64,000 nucleotides of DNA, from NCBI GenBank assembly GCA_965261965.1, contig OZ253489.1, forward strand, positions 3,365,131 to 3,429,130, in the 5' to 3' direction. Positions 49,503 to 60,827 of this stretch are shown here, piece after piece (the stretch's first letter is position 1; each line of letters begins with the position of its first letter). This DNA is from Dehalococcoidia bacterium. GTDB taxonomy: Bacteria > Chloroflexota > Dehalococcoidia > Lucifugimonadales > JAGWBF01. The notes under the pieces were generated by a model. That model worked only from the letters and a program-made list of their open reading frames with translations. It was not told where the DNA came from and ran no database searches. The translations under genes and the position numbers were made by a program.

Positions 49503-50423
49503 CTAAGTCCCGCTTCCTCCCACCCTAGTGCGGCTCGACGCCTTGTACCGCTCCGTTACGCCCGCTACTAGGCGGCTCACATATCTGCGCCGGTCGACTA
49601 CTTCAAGGAAATCCAGTATCTGTCCATCGGGCACAACCAGCTCTCCTGCTACATCCGTGAGCGAGATACCTCCTGCTTCACAGTCCGACTCGAGCGCTGA
49701 CTTGTCCAGATTATTCCCGTAACCATCAGTGCGAATCGAAGCCAAGAGGCTCGCTGCGCGTGAATGACTGGTAGCGTACTCCTCGATTGCGGACCACTCC
49801 ACATACCCAATTTGAGACTGAATTGCCTGGATATTCCGTGGAACGGCTTCCACAATTGCTTCCTCAATCTGGCCCAGCAGTTTGAAGCTGGTTGGATGGA
49901 TGATGTGAATTGATCCCGAGTCCACAACTACATCAAAGTCGGCATTAAGTTGAAAAATAGGGTTCTCAACAATGCGAAGTGCGTCGGTGCCTAATGACAG
50001 TATGCGATTCTGCTTGTTGAGGGCACCTTTGAACTGTGTTGAACGTCGTATAGCAGTTAGTTGCCTACCCTGGTCATCATGAAATCGTGCGAAATAGCAG
50101 AAAGACTTTGTTATCCACTCCAGATAGTCACTTGCGATTGACAAATTGGGGGTCTGATGAAGCGTCTTGAGGCGGACCGCCAAATCGTCATTGATCGACA
50201 GCGTCAAGTATTCTTCGCCTGCATATTTCTCGGCAGGATCGAAAGTGGATGGATCTTCCGCACTATCCTCCATCCTTTGGCAGGTCGCTGCCACCATCTC
50301 TCCGAGTGTTCGTTGTACTGCTACATGGGCAGGCACCGCAACAAAGACTCTATCGGAACCAATTTGACGGCCTACTCCGAACTCCGTTACTTCGATCTTC
50401 TCAATGTCGAAATTGAGATTCAT
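49503..50423 (-). CDS. kwaB: Kiwa KwaB (DUF4868-like)
   Basis: Soluble ~300-aa protein with FQLNADFDVVV...IHIIHPTSF pattern, coupled to a 4-TM gene inside a type I R-M operon. Confidence 0.75.
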   Translation of the reverse strand: MNLNFDIEKIEVTEFGVGRQIGSDRVFVAVPAHVAVQRTLGEMVAATCQRMEDSAEDPSTFDPAEKYAGEEYLTLSINDDLAVRLKTLHQTPNLSIASDYLEWITKSFCYFARFHDDQGRQLTAIRRSTQFKGALNKQNRILSLGTDALRIVENPIFQLNADFDVVVDSGSIHIIHPTSFKLLGQIEEAIVEAVPRNIQAIQSQIGYVEWSAIEEYATSHSRAASLLASIRTDGYGNNLDKSALESDCEAGGISLTDVAGELVVPDGQILDFLEVVDRRRYVSRLVAGVTERYKASSRTRVGGSGT

Positions 50424-50991
50424 TTGTTCTTCTCCAAGTAGACCATGTTGCTAATTCGATAGGCTATCACTTGTTCATTTGGTTGCACCATCGAACGACG
50501 AGTAATCAAAGCGAAGTTAGTCATATTGGTATACTCACTGTCTCCAACAGGAGATAGTACATTCAATACACGGTATCCGCGTACTGCGAAGAGTATGTTC
50601 ATATAATGATAGTTCAGATGCCAAAACAGAAATACTATGAACACTAACGCAGCTACAAGTGCGGAGAATTCCCTCCAACTATCAACGTTCTGCCGATAGA
50701 ATGGAAGGAGGATAGCAAAAAGATAGACGAGGACATGGCCCCTATGGTCCTCCGTCCGCCCAATCACAAGTGAACGTATGTCGTTCTGTCTTTTCGCGAG
50801 CAACTCTCGAAAGAGCAGAAATGCTGTCGGTAGTACAGCCATCACCAGACAGCCAGTAACGAAATACAAGGCAGGGATCAAGTTTGTGCCCCGGATACCC
50901 CACAGAATGAACAACGGAGACATGCTGCTCAAGACCATTATGAATCGAGCTAGCTTTAGCCCTTCGGCGTGTGGGCCTTGGTCAAAGGGAT

Positions 50992-50995
<4 letters not shown>
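50420..50995 (-). CDS. kwaA: Kiwa KwaA (multi-pass membrane protein)
   Basis: SSMSPLFILW, YLFAILLPF, YMNILFAVRGYRV motifs; four hydrophobic segments. Confidence 0.75.
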
Positions 50996-52550
<1,555 letters not shown>

Positions 52551-54256
52551 GGCTGTCTCAGAAGTCGGAACTGGCAATGGAACCGGGTTAGGTGTACCTT
52601 CGAAGCGACATCAATTGGGGAGAGATTGAGATGCCGCTTCGAGACATGGACCGGGAGCAAATGTGGCTGTTGCCGCCCACCCTTGACGAACTGCTGCCGT
52701 TGGACCATCCGGCCCGATTCGTGGCCGAGTTTGTGGATGCGTTGGATAGGGCGGCCTGGGCGAAGATGGGCGTAGGGATAGAAGGAGACCCGCTAGGAGC
52801 GCCCGCCTACCATCCGCGGGCGCTGTTGAGCGTGTGGCTGTACGGCTTCATGACCAACGTGCGGTCGTGCCGGAAGTTGGAGGCGGCCTGCCGGGACCAG
52901 ATTCCGTACCTGTGGTTGACCGGGTGGCAGCATCCCGACCACAACACCCTGTGGCGATTCTACCAGGGGCACCGTCAAGGCATGAGAGAGCTGTTCAAGC
53001 GCACGGTTCGGACGGCGGTGTCCCTGGAGTTGGTGGACCTGGCGATGCAGGCGGTGGACGGAACGAAGATGGCCGCCAACGCGGCGGCGAGATGGACCTA
53101 CACCGGAGAGCAGTTGCACCAATTGCTGGCTAGGGTGGAGAAATCCATTGCCGACTTGGAGGCCCAGAACGAAGGGGGCGAAGACGGCGATCCAGTTCAT
53201 CTTCCAGAGAAGTTGTCCGACCGCAAGACGTTGCGGCAGCGGGTGAGGCAAGCAATGGAGGAACTGCCAAGCCGGGAGCTTCCCAGGCGCAGTCAGCACA
53301 AGCACCCCCGTCGCATCAATCTGACCGATAGAGACGCTAGGTCGATGAAGACTGCTCAGGGGTTTGTTCTCAGCTACAACGCCCAAGCCATGGTCTCCCC
53401 TCTGGCCACCGGCGAGGGAGTAACCGGCATGATGATCACCGCCGTGGACGTGGTGGATGAAGTCAATGACCTTGCCCGTCTGACCCCGATGGTGGAACAG
53501 GCCGAGGAGGTTACGGGGGTAAGGGTTCCGACGACCCTGGCCGACGCGGGTTACTTCGGCGGCAGGCACCTGGAAGAATGCGCCCGGAGAGGCCAGCAGG
53601 TGGTGATGCCCGATCCGAAACAGCGGTCCATTAAGGAGGACCCGTACCACAAGGACCAGTTCACCTACGACGAGGACAACGACTGCTACTACTGCCCTAG
53701 GGGACAAACCCTGCCCTTCCTTCGAAACAGTCGTAAGAGAGGGGAGTGGGTACGGATATACCGGGCCTCTCGGTTAGTCTGTAAGGAGTGTCCAGCCCTC
53801 GGAGTCTGTACCAAGAATCGCCGCAAGGGACGCGCCTTGGAACTGGGGCCTTACGATGCAGTATCGCGCCGACATCGTGCCTGGATGGAGACGGAGGAAG
53901 CCAAGAGGGTGTACAAGTTGAGAAAGCAGTTAGTCGAACCGGTCTTCGGAATCATCAAGGAACAACAGGGAGCGCGGAGGTTCCTGTTGCGCGGCCTTGC
54001 CAACGTGTCGGCCGAATGGACGGCGTTGGCCACAGCATTCAACTTGCGCACCCTCTGGAAGGTATGGAACTCCCGATCCCGCGCCTCTGCTGAATTACCC
54101 TACGGTCTGGAGCCTTGCCCCGCTTTCTGACCGTTACACAGGTCTCGAGAACGATCCTTACTCTCACCGCTTCACTACCCCCGTAGTGCCTCCGCATGGT
54201 TCGTTAGTCGAATCCATGCGGAGGCACTACGTCATTCAACCTCTCTGAGACAGGCT
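52551..54256 (+). mobile_element. IS1182-family insertion sequence
   Basis: Terminal inverted repeats AGGCTGTCTCAGA / TCTGAGACAGGCT (1 mismatch) around a single transposase; no clear target duplication. Confidence 0.85.
52631..54130 (+). CDS. IS1182-family DDE transposase
   Basis: LLPPTLDELLPLDHPARF, PAYHP, PDHNTL, VDGTK, YNAQ, ADAGY, VEPVFGIIK. Confidence 0.93.
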   Translation: MPLRDMDREQMWLLPPTLDELLPLDHPARFVAEFVDALDRAAWAKMGVGIEGDPLGAPAYHPRALLSVWLYGFMTNVRSCRKLEAACRDQIPYLWLTGWQHPDHNTLWRFYQGHRQGMRELFKRTVRTAVSLELVDLAMQAVDGTKMAANAAARWTYTGEQLHQLLARVEKSIADLEAQNEGGEDGDPVHLPEKLSDRKTLRQRVRQAMEELPSRELPRRSQHKHPRRINLTDRDARSMKTAQGFVLSYNAQAMVSPLATGEGVTGMMITAVDVVDEVNDLARLTPMVEQAEEVTGVRVPTTLADAGYFGGRHLEECARRGQQVVMPDPKQRSIKEDPYHKDQFTYDEDNDCYYCPRGQTLPFLRNSRKRGEWVRIYRASRLVCKECPALGVCTKNRRKGRALELGPYDAVSRRHRAWMETEEAKRVYKLRKQLVEPVFGIIKEQQGARRFLLRGLANVSAEWTALATAFNLRTLWKVWNSRSRASAELPYGLEPCPAF

Positions 54257-54293
54257 CTACGTCAGCGACGACCTCCCCCTGTGCAACCATGTA

Positions 54294-54466
54294 TGAGACC
54301 GTCTCAGAAGTCTGATGTCCTCAAGGTCGTCGATTTCAGGGTGTCGGCTTCCGCTGACATGACGATATTCTCTGACGTATTCCTAAGCTAGTCATGCCGT
54401 AAGACACCAGAATCGGCCTGCCCCGCGTAGCGCGAAACCGAGCAAGAGGCTTTGTGAGACAGGCTC
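54294..54466. mobile_element. MITE-like ~170-bp element with IS1182-type ends
   Basis: GTCTCAGAAGTC (54301-54312) equals the IS left end 52555-52566; TGAGACAGGCTC (54455-54466) equals the IS right end 54246-54257; no ORF inside. Confidence 0.65.
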
Positions 54467-54608
54467 GTATGCGGGCTTTTTTGCGTTTCAGCCCGCTCGG
54501 TTCATGTGTGCGGCCCTTTTCTTTTGCCCATTTTCCGGTGGGGCATTGATTCCTCTTCTTCGTTCGCCCTCTTCTGCGTCAGATGGTCCATCTGGGGAAG
54601 CGGCAGGC

Positions 54609-54730
54609 ATTGAAGCCAATAAGAGGAGACTCACTCTGGACCTGGCCTCCACCCTTCAATGTTGGCAGAAGGTCTGGCGGTCAAGGGCGTCAGCATGCGC
54701 CGGAGCGGTCAAACCGCCGTCGACCGGGAG
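54609..54730 (+). pseudogene. Degenerate copy of the RHH antitoxin at 38578
   Basis: KRRLTLDL...GVSMR...QTAVDRE aligns to KRKRLTLDL...GVSMR...QTAIDRE with a frameshift. Confidence 0.65.
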
Positions 54731-54858
54731 GCCGACGAAGGGAGAGGCTGATACCCCGTTTCTCGGCAGCCCCATGCGCCATAGCCAACACGCGCCGGGA
54801 GTGCCTCCAAGACGATATGGACGATATGCCGTCCGTCCTCGGCTGAGGGCGCGTGGCT

Positions 54859-55864
54859 TTAGCAGAAGGGCAGGCCGCCAAGGCCATAATAGGAGGTAAG
54901 CTGGTCTTCCAGGCTGCTTGGCACGCACCCGCTCAAGGCGTTCTCGATGAGGGCCAGAATTCTCAGGTTGGAGAGGCTGCCCAGCTCCGCCGGTAGCTCT
55001 CCGCTCAAGTCGTTCTCGGTGAGCCACAGCTGTGTCAGGTTGGAGAGGCTGCCCAGCTCCGGCGGTATCTCCCCGCTCAAGGCGTTGACGCTGAGGTGGA
55101 GCTCTGTCAGGTTGGAGAGGTTGCCCAGCTCCGCCGGTAGCTCTCCGCTCAAGTCGTTGCCGCCGAGGGTCAGCAATTGCAGGTTGGAGAGGCTGCCCAG
55201 CTCCGCCGGTATCTCCCCGCTCAAGGCGTTGCTGGAGAGGGTCAGCAATTGCAGGTTGGAGAGGCTGCCCAGCTCCGCCGGTATCTCCCCGCTCAAGGCG
55301 TTGTTGTCGAGGACCAGCCATTCCAGGTTGGAGAGGCTGCCCAGTTCCGCCGGTATCTCGCCACTCAACTGGTTCTCGCCGAGCCACAGTTGTATCAGGT
55401 TGGAGAGACTGCCCAACTCCGCCGGTATCTCCCCGCTCAAGCCGTTGCCGGTGGAGGTCAGCAATATAACGCGCCCGTCGTCGTTGGTGACGACGCCCGC
55501 CCATTCACCGAGGGGGGCGTCGCTCAGCCAGTTATCACTGAACGTCCAGTTCTCACCGTCTGTTGCGTTGTAGAGGGCAACCAGCACTTCCCGGTCCGTT
55601 TCGGCGGAGCCGGAGGCCGCGGGCGGCACTGTCGTAGCCGTAGGTACAGGCGTATCGGTGGCAGTGGGCGCGTCCCCTGCCCCTGGCGTGGAAGGCGTCC
55701 GTGCGGGGGTGGCCGGCGTCTCCGTTGGGGGAGACGCCGGCCGGTCGGGGCCGGTCCCGGCGTCCGGCTCATCAGAGCCGCAGGCCGCCAGCGCTGCCGT
55801 AAGGGCCAGCGCAAGGACAACGCCTCAACAGGGTTATGTATCTTGTCGTGCGTGTACGGGTCGT
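54859..55864 (-). pseudogene. Plant-type LRR lipoprotein with a damaged 5' end (ACG start, +1 frameshift in the signal peptide)
   Basis: About 8 repeats of 24 aa, LSGEIPAELGSLSNL (72-bp DNA repeats). Upstream in frame: Pro/Thr linker and lipobox LAAC, interrupted by TGA at ~55825. GGGAGG RBS precedes ACG at 55864. Confidence 0.7.
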
Positions 55865-56231
55865 TTTCTTTCCCTCCCGGTCCTGACCGGCACCATATAT
55901 CCGCAGATTCATACAGATAATATAGCGGAGTTACTATGGGTGTCAATGCTGAGACACCCGTTTCGCCACTCCCAAATATGTGTTGGCATGTCGGCTTCCG
56001 CGGGGATGAGCGGGCGCCACATGCGCAATAGCCAACACAACCCAGGAATACCAAAAGCGGTGTTCCTAACGTGCGTTGGGTATGGCGCCCGACACAGCCC
56101 ATCCTGAGCCTATCTGTTTCAAACCAGCAGAGGGTCGGGAAGTCAGTCTGGTGGAGGCCGGTCTGAACCAACCTGGGATAGGGGTTGGCGGCCGGAGCGG
56201 TAGCCAGGGCCGTTGGAAGCGTGGTGGCAGG

Positions 56232-56531
56232 CTAGGAAGGCACGTTACTGCAGGCTTCGTCGCGGCTCGCCTTCAGGTCTTCGATCGGAGCGACGGAACT
56301 CACATAGATGAACTGCCCCTTGGCCTCGTCCATATCGTTGGCGGTGGGGAACGTCATGAGCATGCTTGCCTCGAAGACTTCAGTGTTCCCCTGGGCCCAG
56401 CAGTCCCAGGTCTGATTGAGGATGTCCTCCTTGCTCTCGCCGCCTCCGCAGGCGGCCAAGAGTAGGATGGACGCCAAGATACACATAAGCGGAATGGCGA
56501 TAAACAGAAAGGGTTGGGCGTGGGTTCTCAA
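56232..56531 (-). CDS. Small lipoprotein
   Basis: Hydrophobic signal with lipobox LAAC-GG; two further Cys. Confidence 0.7.
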   Translation of the reverse strand: MRTHAQPFLFIAIPLMCILASILLLAACGGGESKEDILNQTWDCWAQGNTEVFEASMLMTFPTANDMDEAKGQFIYVSSVAPIEDLKASRDEACSNVPS

Positions 56532-56909
56532 TGTTCGTTCCTAGTAGTAGTTTGCCTGCCGCCGGAAGGTCCTGCCACAGGCTCCGGCCTGCGCCCATCT
56601 ATGTCACGGAAGGATATGGAGGAAGCCGGAAGCGGCTGGGGGGCTAGGCCAGAAGGACAATCAGGGGGCGACGCTTGCACTAGACCGCCGTGGACGGCGG
56701 CCCCAAGCGCGGTCAGCGCAGCGGCGGCAGGGGTCGCCGGGACGCCCATCACTGTTTGCCTCCAATCGGCACTAGAATACACCTCTTACCGCTCAGGGAG
56801 CGAAATCAGCCCAGATCATCGCCTTTGACATTACCCGACAGCCCGGCCTTTTGTCAATATGCAATATGATTGAGGGATTGGGTTCTGATGGGGTGAGCAC
56901 GGACCGGGC

Positions 56910-58961
56910 TTATCTTCGCCGGGTCGCAGTTATTGTCGGGACCAGGTCACTTTGGCAGAGGCTTATGGCTACGCCGCCGAATACCTTGCCTGCGCCAGGC
57001 TGGCGACCCTCTCCATTGAGGCGTTGCGAGCCGCCCGTGGTACTGGCCGTCTCAAGATCAGGGCGGGCAAAGTGTGTGGGCGCAGCCCCTTCGTTGTGGA
57101 CGGGCCAACCGCGAATAGCGCGTAAGAGAGCGCGATGGCTGGCGCGTTGGAAGGGTGTTTTGCCTCTGCCGAGCGCCAGCCACTCGCCTGCACAAACGAA
57201 GAGACCCTGCCGTATCAGCAGGGGCTCGGCGACTTCGTACTGTACCAGGGGGGCTGCCCGGTGGAGCCTGGCTGGTCTCCCCACCGGGCGAAGCAGGGTA
57301 GATGGACGATTACACCGCCAAAGCGAAAGTAATGGTGAAGGTTCCTGTGAACCAATTGACACGCACTCAGGCTGAGGGGACTCAGGGTCAGGAGAATCAG
57401 GGTCTGAGGAATCATCGTCGATGGGTAAAGCCAGCGTGATGTCCACGTTGTTGTCCCTGTCGATAATGACCTCTTCCACGAGCATCTGGAGATAGTCGTG
57501 ACGCTCCTCGAGGGTCACCTCGTCCAGGCCCTGGCCGAACTCTCTCGCCCAGGTTAGGACCTCCTCCATCAGTCGCCGCTTTTCAGCTCCACTCGTCTCC
57601 TGAACCAGATAATCGTCCAGCTTCGCCCTGGCGCTCTCAAGCCGCTCGGTGATGAACCTACGCTGAAGGTCGAGTTGGGCCTCAGTGATCTTCCCAGACA
57701 CGAACAGCCTGATGGCGCGGTCCTCTTCCATCTGGATGCTCCGCAGGTCTCGCTCGGCCTGGGCGATCTCCTCCTCCATTCCGACGCCATCCTGAGAATC
57801 GAGGTCGGCGATACCGGCGACGATCAGATCGGGGTTCTGGAGTACCCGCTTCACCTCGCGCCATATCGGCTCCTCCAACTGCTCAGCCCGGATGTAGGGC
57901 TTCTCCCGGCAGCCCAGGCGCATACTCTGCATCCCGTTGCACATGTAGTAGCGGCGGGGAGTGGGCAGGTCGTAGGTGTAAGCCTTGCCCTTGCGAACGC
58001 TGGTGGTTGTCCAACTCGCCCTCGCATGGAAGTTGCGGCCGCACTCGCCGCATTTCAGAAGGTGCTGCAACAGGTAGACCACCTTGGTATTCCTCTTGGC
58101 TTTCGTGCCCCGCTGCTTCTTCAACTTCTGCGCCCGTTTCCAGGTCTCATCGTCGACCACCTGCGGGACCGGGATCTCAATCCAGGTGTCCTTGGGTTGG
58201 TCGTAGACCTTCATACCGTCCTCGGTAGAGACGTGGCGGTACCTTCCGTAGACCCAGGTGCCCGTGTAGGTGGCATTCCCCAAAATGTGGTGCACGCGGG
58301 ACTGAAGCCACAGCATCTTGCCGGACTGCGTGGGGACCCCCTCGTCGGTCAGCCGCACGGCAATCGAGTAGGACCCCATCCGCTCATCGACGTACATGCG
58401 GAAGATGCGGCGGACGACCTCCGCCTGCTCCTCAACCACCTCAAACCTGCCGTCGTCCCCGATGCGGTATCCGTAGGGGACGCCGCCGGTGGGCACCCGT
58501 CCCTGCTTGGCAGTCCCCCGCTTGCCCATAGTGGACCGCTCCCGGAAGTTGTCCAACTCTATCTTGCCGATGGCCGCCATGAGTCCGAAGGTCTTCATGT
58601 CGATGGCGTCCAAGACGGCTTCGAGCCGAATCTGATGGGCCTCGACGACCTCCATCAGGGCGGCGGCGGGGTACATGCCCCTGCTGAGGCGGTCGGACTT
58701 CCAGCACACGATGGTATCGAAGCGTCCGCGTCTGGCGTCGGCCAGCATCCGCTGGAACTCGGGTCGTTTCTTCGACCAGCCCCTGCCCACTTCCTGGTAG
58801 CGGGCGGTGATGGTCAGTCCCTTGCTCTCGCAGTAGGCTTCCATGTCGCCCGTCTGCTCGGAGATGGAGGTCTTGTCCTCCCCGTCCTGGCTCTTGTCCG
58901 AGACGCGGGCGTAGATGGCCGCCCGGTTCGCCTCCGTCTTTCTATCGGTGATTCTCGCCAT
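56910..58961 (-). CDS. Large serine recombinase LSR4 (distinct subfamily) with ~140 aa of apparent read-through tail
   Basis: AAIYARVS, WKSDRLSR, CGECG...YYMC...C, coiled coil; recombinase-like sequence ends ~57340. Confidence 0.9.
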   Translation of the reverse strand: MARITDRKTEANRAAIYARVSDKSQDGEDKTSISEQTGDMEAYCESKGLTITARYQEVGRGWSKKRPEFQRMLADARRGRFDTIVCWKSDRLSRGMYPAAALMEVVEAHQIRLEAVLDAIDMKTFGLMAAIGKIELDNFRERSTMGKRGTAKQGRVPTGGVPYGYRIGDDGRFEVVEEQAEVVRRIFRMYVDERMGSYSIAVRLTDEGVPTQSGKMLWLQSRVHHILGNATYTGTWVYGRYRHVSTEDGMKVYDQPKDTWIEIPVPQVVDDETWKRAQKLKKQRGTKAKRNTKVVYLLQHLLKCGECGRNFHARASWTTTSVRKGKAYTYDLPTPRRYYMCNGMQSMRLGCREKPYIRAEQLEEPIWREVKRVLQNPDLIVAGIADLDSQDGVGMEEEIAQAERDLRSIQMEEDRAIRLFVSGKITEAQLDLQRRFITERLESARAKLDDYLVQETSGAEKRRLMEEVLTWAREFGQGLDEVTLEERHDYLQMLVEEVIIDRDNNVDITLALPIDDDSSDPDSPDPESPQPECVSIGSQEPSPLLSLWRCNRPSTLLRPVGRPARLHRAAPLVQYEVAEPLLIRQGLFVCAGEWLALGRGKTPFQRASHRALLRAIRGWPVHNEGAAPTHFARPDLETASTTGGSQRLNGEGRQPGAGKVFGGVAISLCQSDLVPTITATRRR

Positions 58962-58990
58962 TGCTGCCTCCTTTCCGACTCCCTGAAATC

Positions 58991-59022
58991 AAAAAGACCC
59001 GCCTCCTGTCGGGAGCGGGTCT
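58991..59022 (-). terminator. Intrinsic terminator ~30 nt upstream of the LSR4 start
   Basis: AGACCCGCTCC-CGACA-GGAGGCGGGTCT followed by TTTTT on the minus strand. Confidence 0.7.
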
Positions 59023-59176
59023 GCGAGTAGTACAATGCTACTGCATCACCTGTCCAATCAGGTGGCGCCACGGCCCGGGGTGTTTGCTGCATCGCCGGGC
59101 CAACTTTCGCTCCCATGATACCGCGATTGGGGGGCCGGCGTCAAAGCGCGTCACCCGCCAGTAGGTCAGTCATTCT

Positions 59177-59806
59177 CTACCACCCCGCTGGCTTGGTTAT
59201 AGTTCCGATCCCGTCAGTCAACGTGTCGGGAAGCTGGCTCCGTCTCAGGTGGCTCTTCCACAGGCGCTTGACGTAGGTCGCGGCGTCCGCCAGCTCCCTC
59301 GGACTGCTGTTCCTGGGGTCCGGGTTGACCAGCGTGACCCGAAGCCCCAGGTCGTCCCGAACGTAGCGCATCGCCCCCGCAAAGTCCGCGTCATTGGACA
59401 CGACGACCGCCTGCTCGTACTCCCCGTTGAACCCATCGACCAGGAGACGGGTGGCGAGGTTCACGTCCGACCCCTTCTCCTCCGAGTCCCTCACCAGGAC
59501 GTAAGACGGCAGCCCCGTCACAGGCTCCGCCAGCGGACGGCGCTTGACGCCGGACCGGAAGACGCCGTAGTACGTGTCGAATCCAGGCAGCGTCGCCAGG
59601 GCTCTCAGGTAGACGAGCTGGCGACGTGGCTGATTGGGATTACCGGGACGGGCATCAAGCCGGGCGGTGAAGTAGCAGACCCGGTTGATCGAGTCTTGGG
59701 AAAAGAGCGTCTCGGCCAGCCTCCGGAGGTCCAGCCACCTGTAGGGCGTGTCCTTCAGGGTGCGGTAGTAGAGATTGAAGCCGTCGATGTAGACGTTGGT
59801 GATCAA
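59177..59806 (-). CDS. NYN-domain (LabA/DUF88, PIN-fold) protein
   Basis: VYIDGFNLYY, EEKGSDVNLA, VVSNDADF. Confidence 0.9.
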   Translation of the reverse strand: MITNVYIDGFNLYYRTLKDTPYRWLDLRRLAETLFSQDSINRVCYFTARLDARPGNPNQPRRQLVYLRALATLPGFDTYYGVFRSGVKRRPLAEPVTGLPSYVLVRDSEEKGSDVNLATRLLVDGFNGEYEQAVVVSNDADFAGAMRYVRDDLGLRVTLVNPDPRNSSPRELADAATYVKRLWKSHLRRSQLPDTLTDGIGTITKPAGW

Positions 59807-59987
59807 TCGCTACTCCCATACAAAGACAGAGACCGCCCCGGAGGACGGTCTCGACCCTACCGGCGAAGCGATAGGGGTGGTAGAAGAAAAATACCACGAG
59901 CGGCGGCGGCTGTCAACGCTCGATGCCGGTGATAGCCCGTGCAGCTGTGGGTTGCCCAGACCTCTGTCGTTCGACTTCACCCCCACC

Positions 59988-60827
59988 TCACACCCCACAA
60001 TGTCCCTCGCACTCGTTTCCGAACCCGTCTCGCAGCCCGTCCTCTCCTAGGTCCACCTCATCGAGGGCGACCGCCTCGGCCAGGGGCATCCGCAGGGAGT
60101 GCAGGTACGGCGTCTTGTCCAGTGACAGCCCCTCCCGCAATCTGGCGTCGATCTCCACCGCCTCGGCGAACATCTCCGGCCACCTGCGCTTCGTCTCCAC
60201 CCATCTGTGGCGGGACTGGAAGGGGCAGGCGACGCAGGCCGAGCGTTCCAGGGGCCTGTCGTAACGCTTCTTCCACCAGTTCAGGCAGTCGCTGCGGGAC
60301 ATCCCCTTCTCGATGAGCGGGTAACGGTTCGTCATCCACCGGTCGCGGGAGGTCCTCATGCGTATGGCCTCGTCGGTGGAGATACCGAGCCACAGCTCGA
60401 CGGTGGTTCCGGCGGGGACGCGCTGCCGGGGTCTCAGGCCCAGCAATTCCCTTATCCTGCGTCTGATGGGCCTGATCTTGTAGTTGTCGGTGCACTGCCG
60501 CCTGCCGATGCCGTCGCCCTCCCCGTCGCCTCCCTTCAGGTAGACGGGTATGTCCACGTAGTTTCGGGAGTCCGAGTGGTTGGTGAGGGCCTTCACATCC
60601 TCGCGGAGGCTGCGTCCGTTGTCCACGACGTACAGGGGGAAGCTCAGCCGGTCTTTCAGCCACGCCAGGTGCTCGTAGATGCTGGGCGGCTCCCAGCGGG
60701 TGTCGGCGAATATGGCGCAGTCGGGGATGCGGTCGAATGCCCCCTCGTTTGCCATGAGCGCCATGACGGAGGACTGGACGCCTCCGCCCAGGCTGATGAC
60801 GGTAAGAGACGGTTCGGGCTTCATCAT
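59988..60827 (-). CDS. PAPS-reductase-like PP-loop protein with Cys clusters (phage/ICE type)
   Basis: ISLGGGVQS PP-loop, FADT, CT..YKI.PI, GISTDE, SACVACPF, ECEGHC. Confidence 0.75.
   Translation of the reverse strand: MMKPEPSLTVISLGGGVQSSVMALMANEGAFDRIPDCAIFADTRWEPPSIYEHLAWLKDRLSFPLYVVDNGRSLREDVKALTNHSDSRNYVDIPVYLKGGDGEGDGIGRRQCTDNYKIRPIRRRIRELLGLRPRQRVPAGTTVELWLGISTDEAIRMRTSRDRWMTNRYPLIEKGMSRSDCLNWWKKRYDRPLERSACVACPFQSRHRWVETKRRWPEMFAEAVEIDARLREGLSLDKTPYLHSLRMPLAEAVALDEVDLGEDGLRDGFGNECEGHCGV

Noticed and set aside
54950-55450. Regular 72-bp repeats resembling a CRISPR array
   Set aside because: They are in-frame LRR codon repeats (24 aa) with no unique spacers and no cas genes.
56851-57375. 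174-aa ORF on + strand opposite the LSR4 tail
   Set aside because: No recognisable protein features; overlaps another frame.
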